This document shows, piece after piece, positions 40,864 through 54,020 of a DNA stretch of 64,000 nt (positions within the stretch are counted from its first letter, which is position 1; each line of letters begins with the position of its first letter). The stretch spans positions 9,362,001-9,426,000 of the forward strand of contig NC_043005.1 of the NCBI RefSeq assembly GCF_006345805.1. Direction: 5' to 3'. The position numbers and the translations under genes were made by a program. The notes under the pieces were generated by a model. That model was given only the letters and a program-made list of their open reading frames with translations, did not search any database and had not been told where the DNA came from. The stretch is from Octopus sinensis (lineage: Eukaryota).

Positions 40864-41145
40864 CATCATCACGTGACCGACCAGACCATCAGATGTTGTT
40901 ACACATCGCTGGTCACAATGCGTTCGCATTGTTTTAGCCTTTGAATGACGCCACCCCGCTGGCTAAGCGAGCAGGCCAACAGAAGAAAGATTGGGAGAAA
41001 GAGTGGTGTAAGAGTACCGCAGGGATCACCACCCCCTGCCGGAGCGTCGTGGAGCTTTTAGGTGTTTTCGCTCAATAAAAACTCACAACGCCCGGTCTGG
41101 GAATCGAAACCGCAATCCTACGACCGCGAGTCCGCTGCCCGAACT
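40862..41145 (-). mobile_element. tRNA-derived SINE (family 4)
   Basis: The minus-strand head GCGGACTCGCGGTCGTAGGATTGCGGTTTCGATTCCCAGACCGGGCGTTGTGAG is shared with 46222-46590. Confidence 0.8.
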
Positions 41146-41383
41146 TGCGGCTCCATACACACACACATATATATTATATATATATATACATATATATATG
41201 CATGTTTGTATAGATATATATTTATATATTTTATATATATAATATATATTTATTTATTCATATATCTATGTATATATATGTGTCTGTGTTTATATGTGCA
41301 TATGAATATATTCATCCTCACAAGCTCACACGCATATATTTAGGTGTATGTAATTAAATATGTTTAGGTATTACTATACATGA

Positions 41384-41471
<88 letters not shown>

Positions 41472-41790
41472 CAAACATGTGTATGCATGTGTACGTATAC
41501 ATAGATGATTACACATACGCACTTTCTGCATGTGTATACTCATATAAATGCATATAGAATATTATGCATATTTACGCATAGTATATAACGTGCATACATA
41601 AAGAGCAGAATTATTATTGATAAAGAAATGCGTGTTTATACATACATAAACGTATATATATATATATATATTGTCTTTCTATGTAAGTTTCTATGTATAC
41701 AAATATAAATATTTGTGTATAATATATATGTATATATAATATATATATATATTATATATATATATATTATATATTATATTGTGTGGTGTG

Positions 41791-41827
<37 letters not shown>

Positions 41828-41930
41828 ATATAATATATATATAGTGTGTGTGTGTGTGATCTATATATACATAGATATATATGTACACATATATACATAT
41901 ATATATATATAAATTCTTACACACAGTCAT

Positions 41931-41967
<37 letters not shown>

Positions 41968-42451
41968 TACCGCACATAACTTTTTAAATATATATTGCTT
42001 GTGTGTATATGCATGTAAGTATGTGTCGGTTATGTGTGAGCCGCATAGAAAAAGATATTTACCAATTCTAATTTGTTTAATATACTGTGGCTAGAGAATG
42101 TCATTGGAACGTCATTTTTGCAACACTCCCAGCGGCATTATAAAAGAGATAGATAATCAATAAAACAGTGATAGTGGTGGGAAAGCTATTTAATAACAAT
42201 GTCCACTGTCCATATTCAAGTGTTCAAGAAAACAACAATACATTACAATATAACTAATTGAATATACCGACTATATTATACTTATACGTTCTCTTACACA
42301 CACTCACACACACACATGTAGGTACTCACACACAGAAACATACTTTAAAGCATATACACATATGTACAAACACACACATATACACGTATGTATGCATATA
42401 TGTATATAGATAAACATATACATATACATATAGATATCGTATATATCATAT

Positions 42452-42497
<46 letters not shown>

Positions 42498-43435
42498 TAT
42501 ATACTGTTTAGTGCGCATGCATATACATATGCCTGCATACATATAGACTTATAGACGTATGTATAGATGTATTCTTAATTCTATTACTGGTTTTCCTCAC
42601 TTGATGGTGGACATACTGGAGCTCCGCCATATATGTATGTGTGTAATTATATATATATATATATATATATGAATGAATGTGTACATGTGTAGATATGTAG
42701 ATATATATATATATATTATATATATATATATATATGTACATATATATATAAATATCAATGTGTGTGCTTAACTAGATTTGTTTATATTTCTTTTGCCTAT
42801 GCTTTTAAATGTGATAAGATATATACAAATTTATGAATGTATCTATCTAAATAGATATGTGTGTGTTATTCAACATGTGATATCGCATCAAGTAGGCAAT
42901 CTAATATCTTATACAACTATTTTATTACTAACTAAAATTACAATATGCGCCATTTTGTCAACGAAAATTCGTTTGTTTTTTTCTCATACTGTATATATAT
43001 ATTTCTCCAAATTATCTTAATCGCATTCAATTTATATTTGCTACTTATTTCTACGTTGAATTTCTTTCTAGTTTTCCGGGAGCGACATTAGTTAATATTC
43101 AAAGGAGATAAATTTAAGCATGTGCATACGAATAAATAGGATATCCCGTGTATATATTTAACCTTGTATATGTATTCTAGTTTCTTCAAATTCGAATATA
43201 ATATGAAATTTTGACTATTGTTAAAATACTGCCTTTATTTCTTCTTTCCTATCTGTCCTCTCTTTCATTTATCTTCCAATTTTCGGAATTACCAACTTGG
43301 TTATTTGCGGTAAACAGTTTAAATATTTAAATTTGAATTACCAACTTCTAATATTCTTTTTGTTACGCTTTGTTTGCTTTTCAAGCATCAGTTCAATCTT
43401 TTCTAGCCAAGTAAATCCTCGTCAGTATATATAAG

Positions 43436-43474
<39 letters not shown>

Positions 43475-43897
43475 GGCGTAGGAGTAGCTATGTGTTAAGT
43501 AGCTTGCTTACGAACCACATGGTTCCGGGTTCAGTCCCACCTGCGTGGCTCCTTGGGCAAATGACTTCTACTATAGCCTCGGACCGACCAGAGCCTTGTG
43601 GGTGGATTTTGTAGACGGAAACCGAAAGAAGACCGTCGTATATATGCATATATATATATATGTGCGTGTATGTGTGTGTGTATCTGTGTCTGTGTGTGTA
43701 TGTTTGTGTCTCAGTGTTTGTCTCCCACCATTGCTTGATAACCGATGTTGGTGTGTTCACGTACCCGTAACTTAGCGGTTCTGCAAATGAGAGCGATAGA
43801 ATAAATACTAGGTTTACAAAGAATAAGTACTGGGGTCGATTTGTTCGACTAAAGGCAGTGCTCCAGCATGACTGCAGTCAAAATGACTGAAACAAAA
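43475..43897 (+). mobile_element. Full-length SINE family 1
   Basis: GGCGTAGGAGTAGCT head, GGGTTCAGTCCC B-box, CCTTGGGCAA, internal (TA)/(TG) array, and the CAGCATGACTGCAGTCAAAATGACTGAAAC 3' end. Confidence 0.92.
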
Positions 43898-44169
43898 AAT
43901 ACATAAGGGTTGTACTGATGCATATGTATGCGTGACTGACTGACCGACTACTGGCCTTTTGGGTCTGGCAGCCGTCGTGGTAGCAGCAACATATGTTTCT
44001 CTGCCCCAAGGCACATTCCTAACACGCCAGCTCAGTATAATTCGTCCTAGTCGAAAGACGCCTGCACGTGATGTCCTGTTATTGTTATTATTATTATCAT
44101 TATTGTTTTTAAGTATTATTATTATTGTTTTTAGGTATTATTATTATTGTTTTTAGGTATTATTATTAT

Positions 44170-44440
44170 TGTTTTTACGTATAATTTTTGTATTCATATT
44201 CGTGTAACATCGTCCGTTTTTCTCTCCTTGTTTTGTATACATTCGAAGCTTTCTTCCAAGGAATGCGCTTAGCTTAGTTTTTCCTTGGGGCTGGCCAGAT
44301 TGGAGCAATCTCAAGATTAATCAGCCGAAATTGCAAGGATGATCCGGTTCTTGACTGAAGATTGAAGGCTTCGAATGTCCCGTCCGTGTGTTCTGTATCG
44401 TCTTCTAAATGTTTTGCGTTCTTGTCCCAGTTTGTATTTC
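44170..44440 (+). mobile_element. Probable PLE-type pseudo-LTR with a decayed hammerhead
   Basis: CTGAAGATTGAAGGCTTCGAATGTC at about 44354-44378, a pyrimidine-rich tail running into (TA)n, and the same architecture as the other pseudo-LTRs. Confidence 0.4.
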
Positions 44441-44451
44441 TTATACATATA

Positions 44452-44485
<34 letters not shown>

Positions 44486-45081
44486 CATACATATATATAT
44501 ATATATTATATATATATATCATGTATATATATATTATATATATATATACATGTATATGTACATATATATGTATATATATATATATGTATATGTATACATA
44601 CATATGCATCAGTACAACCATCAATCTATCTATCTTTGAATACGTGTGTGTGCGTTCGTGTGTGTTTGTATGAATGGGCATTAACAGTTAAAGATTCATT
44701 CTATTGTAAGTCCGAGTTTCATGCACGTAAAATATTATCAGTCATCAAGCAGGAAATATTTTCTTCATCACACGGGACAATGACACTTCGAAAAGGAAGA
44801 ACTGGTCAATTTTATTTCTTAAAATGTTGTAGGCGCCCTAACGCAGCTGCACAAAAGTGACGTACATGTTACTGCCCACGCCAACACAATATTTGGATTT
44901 TTCGCTACTATCAATACATGCATACGTACAGCTACATCCACGATGTTTTTCTCTCTGTTTGTTGTCTCTTACTCCTTTCTGTTGAAGAGTGTAGACTCGA
45001 AACATAAAATATTTTTCACTTTCTCTAGCGTCAAACTAATACACCTACTTGTTGTTCGTCTTTTGTTTTACTATAAATTTC

Positions 45082-45126
<45 letters not shown>

Positions 45127-45207
45127 CATATATATATATATATATATATCTATATATATATATATATATATAATATATATATATGTATGTATAGATAGAT
45201 AGTATAT

Positions 45208-45245
<38 letters not shown>

Positions 45246-45287
45246 GATAGATAGATAGATAGATAGATAGATAGAGAGATATATTGA

Positions 45288-45757
45288 TAAAAACGGTAAG
45301 ATAACTAAAGAAAGAAAGTGACCTCGATATTATGTAAATAGAGGAATTTATCTTTAAATGTAATATGTGACAATTATTCGGTAGCCATGATAAAACTACA
45401 AGTTTCGGATGCCGAGGTGGAAATCCACACCGCCATCTCTTCAGTTATCCGGCCATCGGATAAAAAAGCTATGAAAAATGACCGTTATACAAAGGGAAAT
45501 TACCGTGTGATTGACCGTTATTAAGACAAAACAGCTATTCGAATGACTGCTAAGGGAGTAATAAGTTCATAGTATTCGCGTAAGCTCGCCTGTTCATACC
45601 TACACATGTGCGCACGCACAGCCACGTGCGTGCGCATACATTCATCCACCTTCACTTGAAAACGTACCGTACACGTCCTCACTCGCATCCTTCGCCAAAT
45701 GTATATGCATATACATACAACACCCCCCACACACACACCGTAAAGGTTCATACACAC
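45288..45757 (-). mobile_element. Hammerhead-bearing dispersed repeat (family C)
   Basis: Collinear with 8268-8642. The left end matches 57410-57489. Confidence 0.7.
45389..45449 (-). ncRNA. Type I hammerhead ribozyme motif with long stem II
   Basis: Minus strand GATAA-CTGAAGA-GATGGCGGTGTGGATTTCCACCTCGGCATCC-GAAACTTGTAGTT-TTATC. Confidence 0.72.
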
Positions 45758-46091
45758 GTATACATACGCACAAGCACAAGAAAAAACAGGGTTAAGGGTA
45801 ACAATACAGAAAAAAGGCATAAGGGAGTATACAAAGAGTAAACCACGTCTATATACACACATCCCCTTATGCACGCACACACACACACGCCCATATACGC
45901 ACATACCTGCACACGTCTATATACATACGCTCACACGCACAAAAAAGATTATACATACGGCTAACACAAAGAAACCCGGGATAAGGGCAAAAATACAGGA
46001 AAATGTGTAAAAACACTGAGTAAAATATGTCTATATACGCACGTACTCGCATAAACGCACACGCGCACACACGCACACATCTATATGTGTG

Positions 46092-46147
<56 letters not shown>

Positions 46148-46158
46148 ATATATATATA

Positions 46159-46203
<45 letters not shown>

Positions 46204-46221
46204 ATGTATGTGTATGTGTGG

Positions 46222-46581
46222 AGGTGCAATGATCCAGTGTTAGGCAGCAGACTCGCGATCGTAGTATCGTTGTTTGTTTCCCAGACCGGGCGTTGTGAGT
46301 GTTTATTGAGCGAAAACTCCTAAAGCTCCACGAAGCTCCGGCAGGGAGAGTGGTTGAACACTGCTGTACTCTTTCACCATAACTTTCTCTCACTCTTTCT
46401 TCCTGTTTCTGTTGTACCTGTATTTCAAAAGGCCAGCCTTGTCACACTCTGTGTCACGCTGAATCTCCTCGAGAACTACGTTAAGGGTACACGTGCCTGT
46501 GGAGTGCTCAGCCACTTGCACGTTAATATCACGATCGGATCAACTGGAACACTCGTCGTCGTAACCGACAGAGTGCCAACA

Positions 46582-46590
<9 letters not shown>
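46222..46590 (+). mobile_element. tRNA-derived SINE (family 4 head, different 3' body)
   Basis: Shares the 5' ~120 bp with 40862-41145 and ends in (CAA)n/(CA)n. Confidence 0.75.
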
Positions 46591-46651
<61 letters not shown>

Positions 46652-46652
46652 G

Positions 46653-46721
<69 letters not shown>

Positions 46722-48053
46722 CTAGCATACGCACCCGTCCTTTGGACGGTTTAAGTTGCTTTCAAGGTATTTGTTTCACCAAATAATTGAACTACCGAGA
46801 AGGTTTATGTGTAGCATGGCAATCTGTTTCCGATTAACCTAACAACGGAAAATCAAATTGAAGGCTGGTTATTGAGGAGGTCGTTGCACTTTGATAATCA
46901 TAGAACATATAAGTTTGCAATAGAAGTAATGTAGAGCTACTGAAGTGTTTTGGGAGTAGATTACGGATAATGACTACAAAATATAGTTGTTTTACATGAA
47001 AGCGAAATTTCTTGTCAGAAACAGCCACATAAATGGTGTAAGGGAATTGAAGGAAAATGTTGAAACTTCTCCTATGCGAGTTTATTTTTTTCAACAGCAA
47101 AGGGAGCTATTTTTTTTCCGAGAGAAAAGCTAACAAAAGCCCCTTTATTCTATCTTCCCACATAGCGTGCATATAAGCTAACGGCGAATGTTGCATAAAG
47201 TTGAAGTGTTATGGATCTTCCTAAAAGATATGTATAGCTTTCGCTAGTAGAAGCAAAACTCTTATTTAAAGGTCGATTCTTTGGGACGAATCATATGTGA
47301 GTGTTTAAGAAAAACTAGAATAACAATGCTAAAACCTATTTGAAACAATGGACAGCAGTCGAAATATCATAATGGCGGGGTAAATAAGCATCCTTAAAGT
47401 GAAGCAACGGTATCAAAGGTAAAAAAACCCAAAAGGTATCAACAATCAGAAGAGAGGGAAGAGAACGTTGCCTTTCAAGTAACTCAGAATAGTTAAAGGT
47501 AAGCTTGTCAAAGTTTAATATAGTTTCAATATGTAGATTAAGATAGTTTGGTATTGGATATTCATCACGTATAGTTTTCCTAGTCAACTGAATCACCGTC
47601 GTAAGTGGACAGCAGAAATAAATATTCGAAATCCTTTCACTTTTATAAAAAGATTAAAAAGAAAAAGAGGGCAAAAAGCACTCGTTTTTTCACAATCGTT
47701 TCCTAGTAGCCGGAATTTCGCGAGAAAATGTATGTTTATTAAGCACAACAGCCTACAGTGCATGCCGCTGGGCATTAAAAGCCAATCGCACAAACCTAGA
47801 GGGGCTCTGGGCCCCCTTGAATCGATAAAAAATCACACTTTTTGCCATAGCAAGCACATCTTTATAGCTTGCGAATTTTAACCATCGCGGGTCTCGTCCT
47901 CAACACGCATTTAGTATCCCTGCCAATTTTCAGCTCGATCCTAGTCTCGGTTTGGCCGTCATTAATGTGCATACAATTTTCGTCCAAATAGAAAATATGA
48001 CACAGATATTTCGCGAATTCGCAGCTGTATAAGACTCCTTGATCTACGTATGA
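46722..48053 (-). mobile_element. Internally deleted Helitron retaining a decayed PIF1-type helicase
   Basis: A|CTAG plus the hairpin CCGTCC-TTT-GGACGG at 46722-46749. Minus-strand remnants in RepHel order: PSGMHCRLL...KFRLL, DTFWVFLPLIP...HCFK, VVIIRNLLPKHFSSSTLL. The right boundary is approximate. Confidence 0.7.
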
Positions 48054-48080
48054 TTGTCTTTCAGACAATTGATGTATAGT

Positions 48081-48382
48081 CTTCTGTTTCAGTCATTTGA
48101 CTGTGGCCATGCTGGAGCACCGCCATTTAGTCGAGCAAATCGACCCCAGGACTTATTCTTTGTAAGCCTAGTACTTATTCTATCGGTCTCTTTTGTCGAA
48201 CCGCTAGTTAACGGGGACGTAAACACACCAGCACCGGTTGTCAAGCGATGCTGGGAGAACAAACACAGACACACAAACACACACACACACACATATATAT
48301 ATACATATACATATATGTATATGTATATATATATGTATATATATAATATATATATGTATATATATGTTATATATATATATAA

Positions 48383-48425
<43 letters not shown>

Positions 48426-48595
48426 ATATATACGACGGGCTTCATTCAGTTTCCGTCTACCAAATCCACTCACAAGGCTGCGGTCCGCCCGAGGCTATAG
48501 TAGAAGACACTTGCCCAAGGTGCCACTCAGTGGGACTAAACCCGGAACCGTGTGGTTGGTAAGCAAGCTACTTACCATATAGCCACTCCTGCGCC
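48081..48595 (-). mobile_element. Full-length SINE family 1 with an expanded internal microsatellite
   Basis: Reverse complement of the 43475 type. Confidence 0.92.
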
Positions 48596-48879
48596 TATGT
48601 TCAACTTTTGTTATTTACCCCAGTGTTTCTATTGACAAGCACACATATTACAAAACATATACTCAGCGTGAACCAACAATTCTTCTCTTGGATATTGCTA
48701 GTGTCTGTAGTATAACATTATACCCCTGTTGTAAGCGTGTGTACCTGATGTCAAAGCTTTTAACCTGCTACCTAGCAGATCAAACGCCATGGATATAGAA
48801 TATCTCTCCAACACGAAAATCATTCAGCGCTTCATGTAGGTCTTCGTCTTTTTATTTTTTTATTTTTTTAATTGTTTCA

Positions 48880-49059
48880 CTTATTAGACGGCGGCCATGC
48901 TGGAGCACCGCCCTGGACAATTTTTAGTCAAAGCACTCGACGCCAGTACTTATTTCTTTTTTTAAAGCTCTGTATTTATTCTACGATTCCACTTTGTGAA
49001 ACCATTAATATACAAGTACGAAAAGAAACTAACACAACAAACACAAACACAAAGAAATA

Positions 49060-49098
<39 letters not shown>

Positions 49099-49215
49099 GG
49101 CGGACTTCTTTCATTTTCGTTTTACCAAATCCACTCACAAGGACATGGTCGACCCGAGCCAATAGTAGAAGACTCATGCCTAATGTGCTGAGAAGTGAGA
49201 CTGAACACTGAACCA
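48880..49215 (-). mobile_element. Diverged SINE family 1
   Basis: GGCCATGCTGGAGCACCGCC ... CCAAATCCACTCACAAGG ... AATAGTAGAAGAC. Confidence 0.75.
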
Positions 49216-49544
49216 TGCCTCGGGGACTTAAAGTAACTTGTTACATGAGCGGTAAGAGAACTAAAGCAATAAGTTAGTCCTAATTTAGTTGCATACTGTA
49301 ATTTTCTCACTTCGAGTTTAAATCCGAAAGGGTTAAAATGTGCATATCGGCTTGGCCACATAGTTTTCAAGCAGATTCATAAACTAAAATATTTTAACAA
49401 CAACCACAACAACAACAACATCAACAACAACAATAACAGCAACAACAACAACGATAATAATAATAATAATAATGCAACAGTTTATCTAAGAACGCCAATA
49501 ACTTTCGGTATGGCAAACCCTTAATAAAATTCGTTTAATAAAAC

Positions 49545-50530
49545 ATACATTCGGCATTGTGTTTTTTCCCTCCTGAGATCAGCCTCGCCCGAGAATCTAT
49601 AGCTTCAACTGAGTTTAGACCACGACCGTTTTCTACTTTTTGTTCAAGCATATCCATGCAGAAATATATCATGGAGTATGAGCATTCATATTCTCTTAGG
49701 GTGGAATTGTGGTATTCTGAGAGACATATGTGTTCAGTCGTTCTGGACAGGATATCGTCACCTCGACTCAGTAAACATAACCATTTTATAGCAAATATTA
49801 TTGATAATTATGACTTTACTTTTCTCAGCCTCAAATCTTTTTTTTTTCTTTTTTTCTTTCAGATTCATAAGATTTTACATTTTCCCATTATGTTCCAGAT
49901 ATACTATTATGAGAGTAATCAATATGACGGCAGTTCTTACAATATCATATATTTCCAAATTCTTTGTGATGTTTTTGATCAATTGTGTGTCCCTCGCTAT
50001 CTCTACTTGATTTTATTTTGAATTATTGTACTTTTCCCTCTGTTTAATACGTTTTGTAGATGGCGAATATCATAAACAAACGATGTTGTTTATTATTCTT
50101 TATCACCTCTGTGACAGGATATCCTAGTCTCATTTAATGTTAATAATAGTATCAACGTTTTTATTCTCAATGTTTCCTTCCTGGTTGTGTTCTCACCAAA
50201 TCGAACAACATTATGATAGCAAAACTATTTTAATTTTATGGCAACATTACGATGACTTAGCTTCTGATATTATCTCATTATGCTGGAAATCCTCTTACAA
50301 CATTCTGTGGTTATCTCTTTGTGAAAGTTGGTATAATTAGTTTCAAGTGATTTTTTTTTTCCTGGGTTACATAAATCAAATATTCTGTCTCCGGATTTGA
50401 GCTGCTTTTCATTAGCAAGCCACACGATCTTTGTTGCACACTCCCTTCGTATCGCACTTGAATTGATCGTACCATACATTGTTATCTTCATATCTTCTAA
50501 CGTTTTCTTTATATTGCTACTCTTCATTCT
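49545..50530 (-). mobile_element. Very decayed R4/Dong-like RT fragment
   Basis: Minus strand KQHRLFM (INHLLFMDD-like), QFHPKR (HHPK) and ENGRGLNSVE (GGRGLxSVE), in the same order as in 59694-60965. Confidence 0.5.
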
Positions 50531-51431
50531 TCTGACTAATTATTTTCCTTAGGCCTTTCTCTTACACTATTATTGGTCTCGACATCAATAATTTATGAAT
50601 TTGCTCTATGTTGACTGCGCTCTTTCAAAAGAGCCATTCTTTTCTTCATTGAAAAATGCTTTGCAGATACATAATTTCTTTTGCTATGATATAAAGAGAA
50701 CAATGAAGGTGTTGAGAATTAATGTAAAGCAATTATGAATAACATCTTTTGTAAGAATTTTTTTTATGCCTTAATTACAAAGTTCTCTAAATTGTATCGA
50801 AGGTCGATAAGTGTGCGATGAGAATAAAGTATGACAAATAACTTCATATAATAAAACACTAAAGCCACCATATCAATACAAAGCACAACATTTTAAATAC
50901 AAACCACAAAAACTGGCGGACATTGGTTGCTGGGAACAAACGCGACAAAAATATACTTTCTTCTTCCCCGAAAAGGAATGACCTGGCATCAACACGTTGC
51001 ATTTTAACTTAACATGTTAACTGAATACATCTATCTCATTTATGAACTATTCTTGGCAATGTTGACCATCAACATTTTTCCTATATTCCGTATTCTTCTC
51101 CATCAATATATCTCAGACTCGCGTCTCATGATCTAAATGTCAAACCTTTACTGATTACTTATTACTCATAATATTTTTCAGCAAGCCAAATTGGAGATAA
51201 AATTCTCGGAAGCAGAAACAAATGTCCTCCATCGATGTTTTATGTCAAACAATTAAGACTCTCCTTTTCCTCAAAAGTATATCATGTTTGGAGAATTTTA
51301 TATTCATTCGACTATCTCCGCTTCTCAGTTAGAGCTGGATTCAATTGAAGATTGGTAATTTTCACATATCCTGTACAGGCGGAGTCTATCACTCAATGCC
51401 ACTGTTCATTCTTCATTATATATAGATCTAG

Positions 51432-52622
51432 GGAGTGGCCATGGGAACGCGAATGGGCCCCAACTATGCGAACCTGTTCGTTGGCTATGTTGAGGCCCAA
51501 ATATTCTCTAGTTTCACTGGTCCCACTCCCGAACTATAGGATCGTTACATTGACGACATTATCGGTGCCACCTTACTCTCCCGTGAACATCTAGATTCCT
51601 TCCTCTCTTTCGTTCAATCCTTCCATCCTGCCCTCCGCTTCACCTCCACTATCTCCAACACCTCTGTCTCCTTCCTCGACATTTCGGTCAGCATTCATCA
51701 CTCCACTCTTACAACCTCCATTCACTACAAACACACAGACTCACACTTATACCTAAACTTCTCTTCCTCCCACCCCAAACACACCAAGCTTTCCATCCCC
51801 TATTCCCAATTCCTCCGTCTACGTAGGCTCTGTAGTGACGACCATGACTTTGAGACTCAGTCTCAACTCATGGCTCGCCACTTCATCCTACGTGGATACC
51901 CCCTCACCACTATCCACACCGCCCTTGCCAGAGCACGTTCCGTAGACCGTGCATCTGCTCTGTCCCCGCGAACCCTCCATGCAGTCTACCGCCTCCTTTT
52001 TCCCCTCACTTACCACCCCATCACCCTACCTCTCCAACGCACCATTCTTCGAGCTTTCCGGCATCTCCAGTCCGACCCGTCCACTTCACACCTCTTCCCT
52101 AACCGACCCCTCCCCTCCTCCAAACGAGCCCATGACCTACGTGACCTCTTGGTCCACAGCTTCTTCCCTGACCCTACCTCCCAACCTGGTTCGTTCCCCT
52201 GCTCCTGCCAACGTTGCCGCATTTGCCCTTACCTCTCCAACACCACCCTCCTCACCGGCACCCATCATCGACCCTATCGCATCATCGACTCCTTCACCTG
52301 CACCTCCAGCAATATAATCTATTGCATCTCCTGCTCGCTCTCCCATTCCCTGTACATCGGACAAACGGGACGCCGCTTGGCTGACCGGTTCGCGGAACAC
52401 CTCCGAGACATCCTCCTCACCAATGACACACCAGTCTCACGCCATTTCCGCTCCACTGGTCACTCCTTGCAACACCTGTCTGTGTTCGGTTTGTCCTTGA
52501 ACAGTGGCCATCCGGACTCCCGTTTGCGCCGTGAACAGGGATTAATTTTCTCTCTTCGCTCTTTTACGCCATTTGGGCTCAACTCTCCCTCTTCTCATCT
52601 AACCTCCCCCCCTATCATCTAA
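51432..52622 (+). pseudogene. PLE reverse transcriptase plus GIY-YIG endonuclease, one in-frame stop
   Basis: Single frame GVAMGTRMGPNYANLF...*DRYIDD...FLDI...SHPKHTKLSIPYSQFLRLRRLCS...NIIYCISC...LYIGQTGRRLADRFAEH...PFGLN. The only internal stop is TAG at 51537-51539. Confidence 0.93.
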
Positions 52623-53377
52623 CCTCCCCCCGACTCCTACTTCTCTTCACTCCTTCATCTTTTCACCCCTACTCTCTTTCCCTCCTCTTCCTTTCTTTCC
52701 TTTCTTCCCTCTTCTTCTTTCTTTCCTCTTCTTTCTTCTTTCTTTTTCCCTCTTCCCCTCTCTTTCTCTCTGCTCCCTCACTCCCCTTCTCTCCCCTCCC
52801 CTACCCATCCTCCTCCCCCATACCCCTCTTCCTCCTCTCCCTACCGCTCCCCTCCCCCTCCCCTCCCATATCCTCTCTCTTCTCTCCCCCTGTCACTCTC
52901 CCCCCAACCCCCACACCACCCCAACCCCCACTCGAACCCACACCCCACTCTAGCCCCCCACCTCTCCACAACATCACACCACACTACACTACACCATACG
53001 ACATTACACATCACATCACAAAACACCACCCACAGCACACCGCCCACACACCCATCCCCACATCTTTACACCTACACATACACATATCATATCACAACAC
53101 ACTACACACACACCCATCCCAATATCTCCACACCCACACATACATACATACACATGTCCATACCACCAGCCCTCTTTCACACGCACATACATACTCTCTT
53201 ATACACACACGCACCTTCGTGTTGGGGCGAAGTCACTTGACCCTGTTACCTCCCTACTATCCTTCTAGCGTTTAACGTCTGACCTCTGACCTCTGACTTC
53301 TGCTTGAAGTCAGAACGCCATAATGGACCGTTAGTTCCTACACGCATTTTTTTCTCTCCTTGTTTCTTTTGTGTGTA

Positions 53378-53415
53378 TCTTTCTGTTGAAGACCGAAGGC
53401 TCGAAACGTAAAAGA
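53378..53415 (+). ncRNA. Minimal type I hammerhead motif in the PLE pseudo-LTR
   Basis: TCTTT-CTGTTGA-A-GACC(GAAG)GCTC-GAAACGTA-AAAGA. Sense to the PLE ORF, with one stem II mismatch. Confidence 0.7.
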
Positions 53416-53509
53416 CTTGTTTTATTTCTATTCCTGAGCGCCATACTAATACATTTGTTTGTTTGCACTCCACCTGCCTTCGACTTTTGTTTATTTTCGT
53501 AAACCTTCC

Positions 53510-53567
<58 letters not shown>

Positions 53568-53574
53568 TTTTTTA

Positions 53575-53870
53575 TTCTTTTACTTGTTTCAGTCATTTGA
53601 CTGTGGCCATGCTGGAGCACCGCCTTTAGTCCAGCATATCAACCCCAAGACTTTTTCTTTGTCAGCCTAGTATTTATTCTATCAGTTACTTTGCCGAAAT
53701 GCTAGGTTACGGGGACGTAAACACACAAGCATCGGTTGTCAAGTGATGTGAGGGAGGGACAAACACAGACACACAAACATATACACGCTCACACAAAATA
53801 TATAGATACATATATATGACGGGCTTATCTCAGTTTCGGCCTACCAAATCTACTCACAAGTTTTGGTCGA
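53575..53870 (-). mobile_element. SINE family 1, 5'-truncated
   Basis: TTTTACTTGTTTCAGTCATTTGACTGTGGCCATGCTGGAGCACCGCC... Confidence 0.88.
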
Positions 53871-53940
53871 TCATATAAGCACATTTGTATATATATGAGT
53901 ATGAATATTGATTCTATGTATTCGTATTCCATACATGTGC

Positions 53941-53991
<51 letters not shown>

Positions 53992-54020
53992 TGTGTGCGT
54001 GTGTGTGTATAAATCAAATA

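Larger units (their letters stand above)
51420..53510 (+). mobile_element. 5'-truncated Penelope-like retroelement (RT C-half, GIY-YIG, pseudo-LTR)
   Basis: Coding remnant, then pyrimidine/(CA)-rich tracts, then a pseudo-LTR at 53220-53510 that ends in (TA)n. Confidence 0.93.
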
